From positions 192,001 to 256,000 of the forward strand of contig CAWAUM010000012.1 of assembly GCA_963785235.1 (NCBI GenBank): a stretch of 64,000 bases of DNA. The letters run 5' to 3'. This stretch comes from an uncultured delta proteobacterium. Lineage in GTDB: Bacteria > Desulfobacterota > Desulfomonilia > UBA1062. The position numbers were made by a program, and so were the translations under genes. The notes beneath the pieces were generated by a model. It saw nothing but the letters and a program-made list of their open reading frames with translations. It was not told the DNA's origin and ran no database searches. Positions 30,943 through 39,837 of this stretch are shown in pieces (positions within the stretch are counted from its first letter, which is position 1; the number at the start of each line of letters is the position of its first letter).

Positions 30943-32163
30943 ATGACATACCGTGATATTGATTTACCTGTGAGAGACGAGACAAAGGCCATGCTGAATC
31001 AAGTGAAGAAATTCAGCATGGAAGTCATGCGGCCGGCCGGCATCCAGCTTGACAAGCTCGCCAACCCTGAGGATGTGATCGCCGAGGACTCAGCGTTATG
31101 GGATGTATTCAGAGACTTCCGTGCCCTGGGCCTTCACACCATGCAGATCACTAAGGCATTGGGCGGCATGGCTGAAGACAATGACCCCATGACAACTGTG
31201 CTGATCGGTGAACAGCTCGGATATGCGGATGCCGGCCTGGCCATCAGCATGGGGGTATCATGCATGCCTTTCAATTATGCCGCCATGTTCCCTGTCCCAG
31301 AGATGCAGCAGCTCGCCCGGGATTTCTGTGATGACAAGGAAGGAAAGATGATCGGCTGCTGGGCCATTACCGAACCTGATCACGGAACTGACTGGAGCCT
31401 TGGCAACAATAATCCCAAGTGCGGTCCTTCAGTAAAGGCAGTGCTCAAAGGTGATGAATATGTCATAAACGGCGAGAAGTCTGCCTGGGTATCCAATGGG
31501 ACCATCGCCACGCATGCGCTGCTCCATGTGGCGCTTGATCCGTCCAGAGGCATGCAGGGCCAGGGACTGGCGATTCTCCCCCTTGACCTGCCCGGCATTT
31601 CCAGGGGTAAGCCGCTGGACAAGATGGGCCAGCGGCCACTCAATCAGGGGTCGATCATCTTCGAGGATGCAAGAATTCCCAGGAAGTACATGGTTATTCC
31701 GTATCCGGACTTCATCAACGCCTCAAGCGGACAGGGACTCGCCACAGTGAACGGAGGTATGGCCATTGTCTTTGCCGGCCTTGCCAAGGCTGCATATGAT
31801 GAAGCCTTCATATATGCGAAACAGAGGATACAGGGCGGGGTCGCTATTTATGAGCATTCCGCCATCAAGTTGAAGCTGATTAACATGTTCACAAAAGTAG
31901 AGGCCGCCAGGGCGAATGCCCGCAGGATGGCCATGTATAACCTGGCCAATCCGCTTTCCCCATCAGTTGTTCATGCAGTGGCAGCCAAGTGCCTTTCCAC
32001 GGAGACGGCTACCTCTGTTGCGAGCGATGCCATGCAGATATTCGGCGGGTATGGCCTGGCAAAGGAATTCCCCATTGAAAAGATGTTCCGTGATGCCAGG
32101 GCAAGCATGATCGAGGACGGGGTGAACGAGGCCCTGGCGATAAAGGCTGCCGAATTCATGTGA
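30943..32163 (+). CDS. Acyl-CoA dehydrogenase
   Basis: AITEPDHGTD, NGEKSAWVSNG, R.QGG, QIFGGYG, FRDAR...IEDG.NE. Confidence 0.92.
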   Translation: MTYRDIDLPVRDETKAMLNQVKKFSMEVMRPAGIQLDKLANPEDVIAEDSALWDVFRDFRALGLHTMQITKALGGMAEDNDPMTTVLIGEQLGYADAGLAISMGVSCMPFNYAAMFPVPEMQQLARDFCDDKEGKMIGCWAITEPDHGTDWSLGNNNPKCGPSVKAVLKGDEYVINGEKSAWVSNGTIATHALLHVALDPSRGMQGQGLAILPLDLPGISRGKPLDKMGQRPLNQGSIIFEDARIPRKYMVIPYPDFINASSGQGLATVNGGMAIVFAGLAKAAYDEAFIYAKQRIQGGVAIYEHSAIKLKLINMFTKVEAARANARRMAMYNLANPLSPSVVHAVAAKCLSTETATSVASDAMQIFGGYGLAKEFPIEKMFRDARASMIEDGVNEALAIKAAEFM

Positions 32164-32171
32164 TGAGCTTT

Positions 32172-33446
32172 TCAGCTTATCACCGTACGGTTGTGTACGG
32201 CCCACATGTCATCGTCCGTAAAGCAGCGCTCGCTCTCGTCCGGGTGCATGGCGTCCTTTTCCATGTGCCGCCGGTCATAGGGTTGGTTAAGGATCTCATC
32301 ATAGTATTCATGCTGGATCATGAGGTTCATGATCTGGCTTGTCCCGGTCCAGATCAGGGCCAACCGTATATCGCGCAACGCCCTTTCCAGGGGATAAACG
32401 TCTGTGTAGCCTATGCCGCCCATGATCTGCATGGCATTATTTACAACGTTCCACGCCGCCTCAGTGGAAAATCTCTTGGCCTCGCTCACTAAACGGCGCA
32501 TATTAGGATAATTGCTGTCCACCGCCTTAGCAGCCATGAATGTTATGGCCCTGGCGGCATCGAGCTGGGTTATGGAATCTGCCACTAAAAAATTCACTGC
32601 CTGGTATTTTTTTATAAGCTTGCCGAAGGCAGCACGCTTATTGGAATAGCGTACCGCCAGATCAAGGGCGCCCCAGACACCGAGGCATCCGGAAGCGGAT
32701 GTCATACGCTCGGGGATCATCATCTGGTTGAAACACAGGGCTCCGCCATGCAGCTCTCCCACGAGATTTTCCCTGGGCACCTTGACATCCCGGAAGACAA
32801 GCCTTCCTGTGCCTCCGCCCCTGCATCCCATGAGGCCATAATGATATTCGGTCTCAACGCCCGGTCCCTTATCGATAATGAGCAGGCTTATGCGCTGGTA
32901 CTTATGGGCATCCGGTTCGAAGTTCGTTCGGCAATATACCAGGAAAAAATCAGACCCTTCAGCCCCAACAACAAAACGCTTCTGACCGTTTACGATAAAG
33001 TGGTCGCCCTGGAGCACGGCCTTGGTAGTGGCGCCAAAAAAGTCGGACCCGCCCCTTGGCTCGGTAAGGGCCTCGGCAGCCACGAGCTTGCCCTGAAGGT
33101 AGGGCTTGAGGTAGCGTTCTTTAAGATCCTCGGTGCCGAACCTGTTGAGGGCCTCTCCCACAATTGAGGGCATGACAAAGGCGCACCCAAGGGCCATGCC
33201 AAGACAACCGATCTCCTCCGTAGCCGCCACATCGGCCACCCAGCTCATCTCACGGCCGCCATACTTCTTAGGGAACCTTATCCCCCGGAGGTTCTGCAGG
33301 GCAAGCCTTTCCACGAAGTCACGCGGGTAATCGATCTCATCCCTGTCCATTTTTCGCAGGAACTCGCTGTCCACCTCTTCGCGAACAAACTTCCGGGCCT
33401 GGTCCCTCAGCTCCCTTTCCTCTCTTGTGAGTAAAAAATCATACAT
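32172..33446 (-). CDS. Acyl-CoA dehydrogenase
   Basis: ALTEPRGGSD, NGQKRF, QIMGGIGY, RD.R...IWTGTSQI. Confidence 0.92.
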   Translation of the reverse strand: MYDFLLTREERELRDQARKFVREEVDSEFLRKMDRDEIDYPRDFVERLALQNLRGIRFPKKYGGREMSWVADVAATEEIGCLGMALGCAFVMPSIVGEALNRFGTEDLKERYLKPYLQGKLVAAEALTEPRGGSDFFGATTKAVLQGDHFIVNGQKRFVVGAEGSDFFLVYCRTNFEPDAHKYQRISLLIIDKGPGVETEYHYGLMGCRGGGTGRLVFRDVKVPRENLVGELHGGALCFNQMMIPERMTSASGCLGVWGALDLAVRYSNKRAAFGKLIKKYQAVNFLVADSITQLDAARAITFMAAKAVDSNYPNMRRLVSEAKRFSTEAAWNVVNNAMQIMGGIGYTDVYPLERALRDIRLALIWTGTSQIMNLMIQHEYYDEILNQPYDRRHMEKDAMHPDESERCFTDDDMWAVHNRTVIS

Positions 33447-33635
33447 GAATGGCCTCCTTTATTGACAATCATTATCTCTGTTAAGCCCTTCGCGATTAAC
33501 TCCTCTTTTTATGGGATCATTATTTCTTATGAGTATAATATTCCATAATACCCGTGCTCTCAACTTTCAAATGTACCTTGTTGTAATTGACCGGGATAAC
33601 ATATACATAAGATTATTTAATTGTTATTAAATTGA

Positions 33636-33697
33636 TCGGTTCAAGTCCTGCCTCTCTCATTCTGCGAGATGCAGGACTTGAACCGAAAAGTTTTTTT
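33636..33697 (+). terminator. Strong hairpin with T-tract in a divergent intergenic region
   Basis: tcggttcaagtcctgc / gcaggacttgaaccga 16-bp stem, followed by aaagttttttt. Confidence 0.55.
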
Positions 33698-33811
33698 ACG
33701 CTTCTTAAATGCATACTCTGGGTTTAAGGAAATATCTCATGTACATAACAGCTTGAAATATAATTTCTTAGACCTATTCTAATGAGGTGTATAAAATTGA
33801 AGGAGGTAAAA

Positions 33812-34906
33812 ATGTCAGATAACGCCCTATTAAAACCAATTACAATCGGTCCGTACGAACTGGCGAACCGCATATTCATGGCCCCAATGACACGCAGCCG
33901 TGCGAACAACCCTGAAAACGCACCGACAGAGCTCCATACGCAATACTATGAACAACGTGCCTCAGCAGGTCTTCTGATTACCGAAGGATCCCAGGTGTCA
34001 AGGCAGGCTGTGGGCTATATCAATACCCCGGGGATTTACAGCAAAGCCCAGATTGAAGGATGGAGGCTCGTGACCAAGGCAGTGCATGACAAAGGAGGGC
34101 ATATCTTCATCCAGCTCTGGCACTGCGGCCGCATGTCACACCCGGACTTCCACCATGGCGAGCTGCCCGTAGCACCGTCTGCCATAAACCCCAATGACAA
34201 GTCCTATACACCCCAGGGCTTCAAAGAAACCGTTTCGCCCCATGCACTTACGGTTCAGGAGATCCATGCCATCACCAGGGACTTCAAGAATGCTGCAGAG
34301 AATGCCATAGCCGCTGGTTTTGACGGCGTGGAGATTCACTCGGCCAATGGTTATCTCTTCCACCAGTTTTTCACTAACTGCTCAAATGTCCGAACCGACG
34401 AATACGGCATCACTCATGAAAACAAGACCCGCTTTTTCTTTGAGACCCTTGATGCCGTTGGGAAGACAATCGGCTTTGAAAAGACAGGTATCAGGCTGAA
34501 CCCCTCAGCACACGGCTTCTTCGGCATCACCATTGACAAAGATACCATCCCCACCTTTGAGTATATCATCGAGCGGCTGAATGACTACCCTGGCCTCGCC
34601 TATGCCCATCTTGTGGAACCTATGGTGCCTGTGGATAACGTGCCCTATGCGGAGAAAGAGATCGCAAAACATTTCCGGCCGCGCTACAAAGGGACCCTTA
34701 TCATCAATTGCGGCTTCAATCCAGACAACGGCAGCCGGGTTATTGAAGAAGGCCTGGCTGATGCCGTGTCTTTCGGCAAGTACTTCATATCAAATCCTGA
34801 TCTGGTGGAACGTATCCGCCGTGGCGCCCCCTTGGCGGAACCTGATCTGCATACGTATTACACCCCCGGACCAAAGGGATATTCGGATTATCCAGTTCTT
34901 CAATAA
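33812..34906 (+). CDS. Old yellow enzyme / alkene reductase (NemA-like)
   Basis: MAPMTRSRA, QLWHCGR, EIHSANGYL, RTDEYG, NPDL. Confidence 0.93.
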   Translation: MSDNALLKPITIGPYELANRIFMAPMTRSRANNPENAPTELHTQYYEQRASAGLLITEGSQVSRQAVGYINTPGIYSKAQIEGWRLVTKAVHDKGGHIFIQLWHCGRMSHPDFHHGELPVAPSAINPNDKSYTPQGFKETVSPHALTVQEIHAITRDFKNAAENAIAAGFDGVEIHSANGYLFHQFFTNCSNVRTDEYGITHENKTRFFFETLDAVGKTIGFEKTGIRLNPSAHGFFGITIDKDTIPTFEYIIERLNDYPGLAYAHLVEPMVPVDNVPYAEKEIAKHFRPRYKGTLIINCGFNPDNGSRVIEEGLADAVSFGKYFISNPDLVERIRRGAPLAEPDLHTYYTPGPKGYSDYPVLQ

Positions 34907-34936
34907 TATGGCATAGTGCATGATAAAGGAGGGGAT

Positions 34937-35785
34937 ATGATCTCATATAATAAACCCATTACCGACCTCATCAGGATCAGGCGGTCATGGAGGAGCTACC
35001 GGGAAGAGCCCGTGGGAAAAGATGATAAGGAGTCTATCCGCGCTTTCATTTCCGGGATCGAAAAACCCCCATTCGGCTCACAGGTGAGATTCATCCTTGC
35101 CGATGCACCGGGGCAAGGCTTCGGACGGGTGAGAGGCACCTATGGGGTTGTTACAGGGGCATCAAGCTTCCTTGTGGGGGTCTTGAAACCATCCAACATG
35201 GGGTTCGAGGATTATGGCTACCTTTACGAGGCAGCAATCCTCTACATTACATCCCTGGGGCTTGGCACCTGCTGGATGGGAGGGACCTTCAGCAGGACAT
35301 TATTCTCTGACATGGCTCAACCCCAGAAGGGTCAGATAATCCCGTCCATAAGCCCTGTGGGTATCATTGCGGATAACCGCAGCATTATAGATACCATGTT
35401 CGTGTTCACCGCCGGGTCTCGTGCCCGGAAACAATGGGCTTCTCTCTTCTTCAAGGAATCATTTTCTTCATCTTTAGGTGAAGATGCAGCCGGCCCCTTT
35501 GCACTACCGCTCGAAATGGTCCGCCTTGCGCCTTCTGCATCAAACCGGCAACCATGGCGGATCGTGATGGATGAGAAGGGTTTCCACCTATACCTTTCAA
35601 GGACCTTCGGATACGGGCTCCTGTTCAGAGATGTAGACCTCCAGAGGATCGACATGGGTATCGCCATGTTCCATTTCGAACGCACTGCCCTCGAACTTGG
35701 CCTAAAGGGTTCATGGCTTATTCAGGATCCAGGAATCTCTCCTGTGCCCCCTTCAACCGAATATGTGGTAAGCTGGGTCTTATGA
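34937..35785 (+). CDS. Nitroreductase family protein
   Basis: RRSWRSY, LGTCWMG, APSASNRQPW, IDMGIAM.H. Confidence 0.88.
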   Translation: MISYNKPITDLIRIRRSWRSYREEPVGKDDKESIRAFISGIEKPPFGSQVRFILADAPGQGFGRVRGTYGVVTGASSFLVGVLKPSNMGFEDYGYLYEAAILYITSLGLGTCWMGGTFSRTLFSDMAQPQKGQIIPSISPVGIIADNRSIIDTMFVFTAGSRARKQWASLFFKESFSSSLGEDAAGPFALPLEMVRLAPSASNRQPWRIVMDEKGFHLYLSRTFGYGLLFRDVDLQRIDMGIAMFHFERTALELGLKGSWLIQDPGISPVPPSTEYVVSWVL

Positions 35786-36549
35786 AGAATAAATCCCCTT
35801 CCCTTAACCGTGGTCAGGTTAGACGTGTTGCGCCGAAAAGCAATGCCGGCACAGAGGTCATCTATGGTAAAAATGCTGTCCTGGAATCCCTTCACGCAGG
35901 GACAAGGTCGTTTCATGAGATCCTTGTGCTGCCGCAGCATTATGATGACTTACTGGAGGTATCCAGGGGTCTGCCTGTAAGGGTTGTCCAGAAAAATGAC
36001 CTGGATAAAATAACTGCCACGAATCATCACCAGGGAATCGCAGCCAAGGTCTCGGCCTACCGATATTCAGACCTGAAAGACCTCTATCCCTTAAAATGTG
36101 TAGTACTCCTGGATAGCGTGGAAGACCCCCAGAACCTTGGTTCCATCATCCGTACTGCACATGCGCTTGCAAAGGCAGGGGTCATCATCCCGGAACATAG
36201 ATCTGCACCGATTACTCCGGCTGTTGTGAAGGCTTCATCGGGTGCTACGGAACATGTTAAGATTGCCCGTGTGAAAAACCTCAGGGCTGCGGCACAGGAT
36301 CTGAAAAAGAACGGTTTCTGGCTTGTTGGGCTCGAGGCCGACGCGCCCGAAGATATAAGTCGCACCCCTGTATTTGATAAACTGGGACTTGTGATCGGAG
36401 GGGAAGACAGCGGCATCAGGCCTGTCATGACCTCGGAACTGGACCTTGCGGCAAAGATCCCCATGAAGGGCGACTTTAACTCGCTGAACGTCTCCCAGGC
36501 AGCGACTATTGCATTGTATGAACTGGTGGTCAGGGTTAGAAGCATATGA
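35782..36549 (+). CDS. rlmB: 23S rRNA (Gm2251) 2'-O-methyltransferase
   Basis: HHQG, DPQNLGSIIR, G.EDSG, IPMKG..NSLNVS SPOUT motifs. Confidence 0.88.
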   Translation: MKNKSPSLNRGQVRRVAPKSNAGTEVIYGKNAVLESLHAGTRSFHEILVLPQHYDDLLEVSRGLPVRVVQKNDLDKITATNHHQGIAAKVSAYRYSDLKDLYPLKCVVLLDSVEDPQNLGSIIRTAHALAKAGVIIPEHRSAPITPAVVKASSGATEHVKIARVKNLRAAAQDLKKNGFWLVGLEADAPEDISRTPVFDKLGLVIGGEDSGIRPVMTSELDLAAKIPMKGDFNSLNVSQAATIALYELVVRVRSI

Positions 36550-37301
36550 AAGGCGAGCCAATAGAAACCTTATTAAGCGCCCATGATTGCTTGTGTCTCC
36601 ACCGTGGCCATATGGTGAAACTTCCCGAATGGGTCTGTGTTGAGAAGGTTTTCCATTTATATCTGAACGAGACGCCAATCGGGAATATCATAGCCAGCCC
36701 CTCCCAGCTGAAAGAGCTCGGTGCAGGATTTGTCATCAGCGAGGGACTGGCCGAATATGTCGAAAATGTAGTGGTGGATGGAGACCAGGTGAAGGTCTAT
36801 GCCGGACACACTAATTATGCCGAAGAGATCGTGACAGGTTCAAGCGGTGGACTTTCCACCAGAAGAATATTTAATAAGATCAACTCGAACCTTATGATCG
36901 ACCGAGAGGACATCTTCATGGTCATTGCCGAGATAGTCTCCGAACTCTGGGAAAAAACCGGCGGTGCGCACTGTTCGGTACTCTTTTCCGGAAAAGAGCT
37001 CGTTGCAAAGAGTTCTGATGTGGGAAGGCATAATACCGTAGACAAGGTGATCGGATATTGCATCCTGAATGGAATCGATCTGTCCAAATGCGTGCTGGGA
37101 TGCACGGGCAGGCAGCCTGCAGGCATGGTATCCAAGGCCGTGAATGCAGGCATACCCATTATCATCAGCAAGGCAGCCACAACGGATGAAGGCATCCGGC
37201 TTGCAGAGGCATCGGGGCTTACGCTCATCTGCAGGGTCAAGGGAGACCGTTTCTGTGTGTATACCTGTCCAGAGCGTATCCGGGGTCTGACAAAAGAATA
37301 A
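36546..37301 (+). CDS. fdhD: Formate dehydrogenase accessory sulfurtransferase FdhD
   Basis: TGGAH, DVGRHNTVDK, TGR, G.PIIIS..A.T. Confidence 0.88.
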   Translation: MKGEPIETLLSAHDCLCLHRGHMVKLPEWVCVEKVFHLYLNETPIGNIIASPSQLKELGAGFVISEGLAEYVENVVVDGDQVKVYAGHTNYAEEIVTGSSGGLSTRRIFNKINSNLMIDREDIFMVIAEIVSELWEKTGGAHCSVLFSGKELVAKSSDVGRHNTVDKVIGYCILNGIDLSKCVLGCTGRQPAGMVSKAVNAGIPIIISKAATTDEGIRLAEASGLTLICRVKGDRFCVYTCPERIRGLTKE

Positions 37302-37335
37302 TCCCTGACATCAGTATAAATAAGGAACGGATCTT

Positions 37336-37773
37336 ATGCACGAAACCCAGGTTAACCTTGAACAGCTTAAAAAGTATTTCACAAAAGACGCCTTTGCCGA
37401 GCTGTGCGGCATAGAGCTCATAGAAGCCGGGCCGGGTTTTGCCAGGACAAGAGTAACCCTGGACAAACAGCACCTGAACAGCCTGGGCATAGCCCATGGA
37501 GGCATCGTATTCACCCTGGCGGACATGGCCTTTGCCGCCGCTGCTCATACCAGGGGTAAATCCGCTGTGGCGATAAACACAACCATATCCTTTATAAAAG
37601 CAGGCAAGACCGACACCCTCTATGCAGAGGCAAAAGAAATCTCCAGAAACAGGAAGCTCGCCACCTATTCGGTGCAGGTAACAGACAGTACGGGCGAGGT
37701 CCTTGCCCTGTTCCAGGGGACGGTATACATCAGGGCTGAATCGATACAGGCAATGGATACAGAAGGTGTATGA
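37336..37773 (+). CDS. PaaI family hotdog thioesterase
   Basis: HLNSLGIAHGGIVFTLAD. Confidence 0.9.
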   Translation: MHETQVNLEQLKKYFTKDAFAELCGIELIEAGPGFARTRVTLDKQHLNSLGIAHGGIVFTLADMAFAAAAHTRGKSAVAINTTISFIKAGKTDTLYAEAKEISRNRKLATYSVQVTDSTGEVLALFQGTVYIRAESIQAMDTEGV

Positions 37774-37840
37774 TAGAATACTCCGGGCTCACTGCCTTCA
37801 TTGTTTACGAAAAAGAGACACTGTGTTTGTAATAATATGA

Positions 37841-37879
37841 AAAGGCCCGACAGCTCTGATGCTATCGGGCCTTTCTACA
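37841..37879 (-). terminator. Terminator hairpin of PEP-CTERM gene 1 containing a PrsR-box-like sequence
   Basis: aaaggcccgacagc / gctatcgggccttt stem about 20 bp after the stop codon. Confidence 0.6.
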
Positions 37880-37898
37880 CCTGTTCTGTTACGAATTC

Positions 37899-38540
37899 TT
37901 ACTTGGCTTTCCTTCGGAAAGCGGCCAGACCCAAAAGCCCGCTACCAATTAATAGAAGCGTTGCCGGTTCAGGGACTGGCGCTGCAACCGGATCGACAAC
38001 AACATTATCCAGCCCTACCCATGTATCTGTTCTATCATTAAAGAGGCCTCTCAATTCACTGAGGTTGAAACTAATCAATGCATTCGGATTATTGTCCCAT
38101 AGATTGGAGACGGAGTAATAGGCATTGAAGCTGATCTTTGTAGCATCCTCATCAGGGGTTGTATCCCATACCAGGGTTTCCAGATTTAGATATGGAAAAT
38201 CTGTGCTGATAAATGTAAAGGTTGATGAGAAGACATCATTATATGATATTGCGTTGTCAAACCCACCGAACAAGTATTCAAAGCTTATGTTCAATCCCAT
38301 CGTATTCTGATCAATATAGAAGCTTTGGCTCAAACCGGATGCACCTGCCGAGTTTGAACCGCCGAGGTAAGCGATAGTATCATCTAATGTTAAAGTCGTT
38401 ATATCTCCCCACGTAGTCCACCCCGATAGTGGCGATGCATCCTGGAAGTCACCATTACTGATGAGATTTGCATGGGCATTCAAGGTAAAACTCACAATGA
38501 GAATCAGTACTGAAATAAATAGCACGAGTATCTTTTTCAT
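37899..38540 (-). CDS. PEP-CTERM sorting-domain surface protein
   Basis: Signal peptide; C-terminal VPEPATLLLIGSGLLGLAAFRRK. Confidence 0.95.
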   Translation of the reverse strand: MKKILVLFISVLILIVSFTLNAHANLISNGDFQDASPLSGWTTWGDITTLTLDDTIAYLGGSNSAGASGLSQSFYIDQNTMGLNISFEYLFGGFDNAISYNDVFSSTFTFISTDFPYLNLETLVWDTTPDEDATKISFNAYYSVSNLWDNNPNALISFNLSELRGLFNDRTDTWVGLDNVVVDPVAAPVPEPATLLLIGSGLLGLAAFRRKAK

Positions 38541-38574
38541 ATATCCTCCTCATATTTGAAGCTGCTATAGTAAT

Positions 38575-38589
38575 GCAAACCTTATTCCA
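38575..38589 (-). promoter_or_regulatory. Sigma54 promoter of PEP-CTERM gene 1
   Basis: Minus strand TGGAATAAGGTTTGC. Confidence 0.7.
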
Positions 38590-38653
38590 ATTACATAAGT
38601 TATCTTAAATTCAATATCTTATCAGATAGTTATTTTGCGAATATATGAATAAC

Positions 38654-38670
38654 TGTAAAGAGCATCGACA
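38654..38670. promoter_or_regulatory. PEP-CTERM box (putative PrsR enhancer site)
   Basis: TGTAAAG-agca-TCGACA, about 65 bp upstream of the sigma54 site. Confidence 0.7.
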
Positions 38671-38841
38671 CCTCCTCCCCCTTATTCAGGGGATTAACTC
38701 TCTCAATATGATGATCCGCATTGGCCAGAAGATTAATCTCTCGAGAAGACATCTTTGCCTATTTGATTATAATCATTTATTATTTATCCCAATTGATATC
38801 TTACCATCTTGTAAATATGATCTGAGCAACATCTAAAAAAC

Positions 38842-38881
38842 AAGAAGTCCGACAGAAGGAATGCTGTCGGACTTCTTTACA
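38842..38881 (-). terminator. Terminator hairpin of PEP-CTERM gene 2 containing a PrsR box
   Basis: aagaagtccgacag / ctgtcggacttctt stem; TGTCGG-actt-CTTTACA at 38865-38881. Confidence 0.65.
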
Positions 38882-38901
38882 CTTGAGACTTTTTATAATT
38901 C

Positions 38902-39504
38902 TTATTTGGTTTTCCTGCGGAATCCGGCAAGACCCAGGAGCCCGCTACCAACCAGGAGCAGGGTTGCCGGTTCTGGAACCGGGGCAGGCGTTTTCACTAA
39001 CAGATTCTGTGCATTAGGTGCAAGAGGAGCTATCTGATATCCTTCACCACTATAGCCAGCGGGGAAATTCTGAAGGTCGCCAAGATAGGATGCGAGATAC
39101 TGCCCCACTAACCCTCCGCCAGTGTAGGTAAAGTTTGCATATTCAAGATCCCAAATTGCTACCTGTAAGGCTGCATTTTCAACCGCTGATCTTCCACCAT
39201 ACTTATTCATTAACCAAGCAGCTTGGAGCTGCCATTCAGAGCTCAAGCCAGTCAGAGTAGTAGTATACGGACCGCTAGGTACATAGGTGGTGTGATCCAG
39301 GTCAATGCAATATCCCGATGCGGTTTTCCCATCAATGGTGAGCAGGAACTCGCCTGCATATCCCCTCTCGGATATACCATTATAAGTGAATTGAATTGGG
39401 GTCCACCCGTTTAAACCGGTGACAGAAATACTGGTAGCTCCTGCTGTTCCCGTTAATCCGATAAGTATCAGGAGAACTACCATTAATGTTAAAATTCTTT
39501 TCAT
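38902..39504 (-). CDS. PEP-CTERM surface protein with putative Cys-Gln thioester domain
   Basis: Signal peptide; YCID, ALQVAIW, AQNLL; VPEPATLLL...RRK tail. Confidence 0.9.
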   Translation of the reverse strand: MKRILTLMVVLLILIGLTGTAGATSISVTGLNGWTPIQFTYNGISERGYAGEFLLTIDGKTASGYCIDLDHTTYVPSGPYTTTLTGLSSEWQLQAAWLMNKYGGRSAVENAALQVAIWDLEYANFTYTGGGLVGQYLASYLGDLQNFPAGYSGEGYQIAPLAPNAQNLLVKTPAPVPEPATLLLVGSGLLGLAGFRRKTK

Positions 39505-39541
39505 AGTTGCACCTCTTTTTAAAATTAATGAAAACATTAAA

Positions 39542-39556
39542 GCAATATGAGTGCCA
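39542..39556 (-). promoter_or_regulatory. Sigma54 promoter of PEP-CTERM gene 2
   Basis: Minus strand TGGCACTCATATTGC. Confidence 0.8.
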
Positions 39557-39619
39557 TATCATTATTAGTTAACGATATCAATCTATTATATTATTTTCCC
39601 TAGTATCATATACCCTGAT

Positions 39620-39636
39620 TGTAAAGTTTCCCGACA
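39620..39636. promoter_or_regulatory. PEP-CTERM box (putative PrsR enhancer site)
   Basis: TGTAAAG-tttc-CCGACA, about 64 bp upstream of the sigma54 site. Confidence 0.72.
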
Positions 39637-39776
39637 TTTATGACCCTTGAATCTTGTTACTATCTTGATAAATTAAGGTCCGCCCCCAAATCATTCCTGG
39701 ATAGAATGAGTTCAATTATTTATAATTATTAATTTTTATAAATCGTTACATTGGACTTGCATGAAGAAAGCAAGCC

Positions 39777-39816
39777 TGTTAAATTTTTCGACAGTGTTTC
39801 AGATATCTGCTATAAT
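39777..39816 (+). promoter_or_regulatory. prsKR sigma70 promoter with an overlapping PrsR-box-like site
   Basis: TCGACA-N17-TATAAT (39788-39816); TGTTAAA-tttt-TCGACA at 39777-39793. Confidence 0.6.
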
Positions 39817-39837
39817 TGACGATGATAAAGGTAGATT

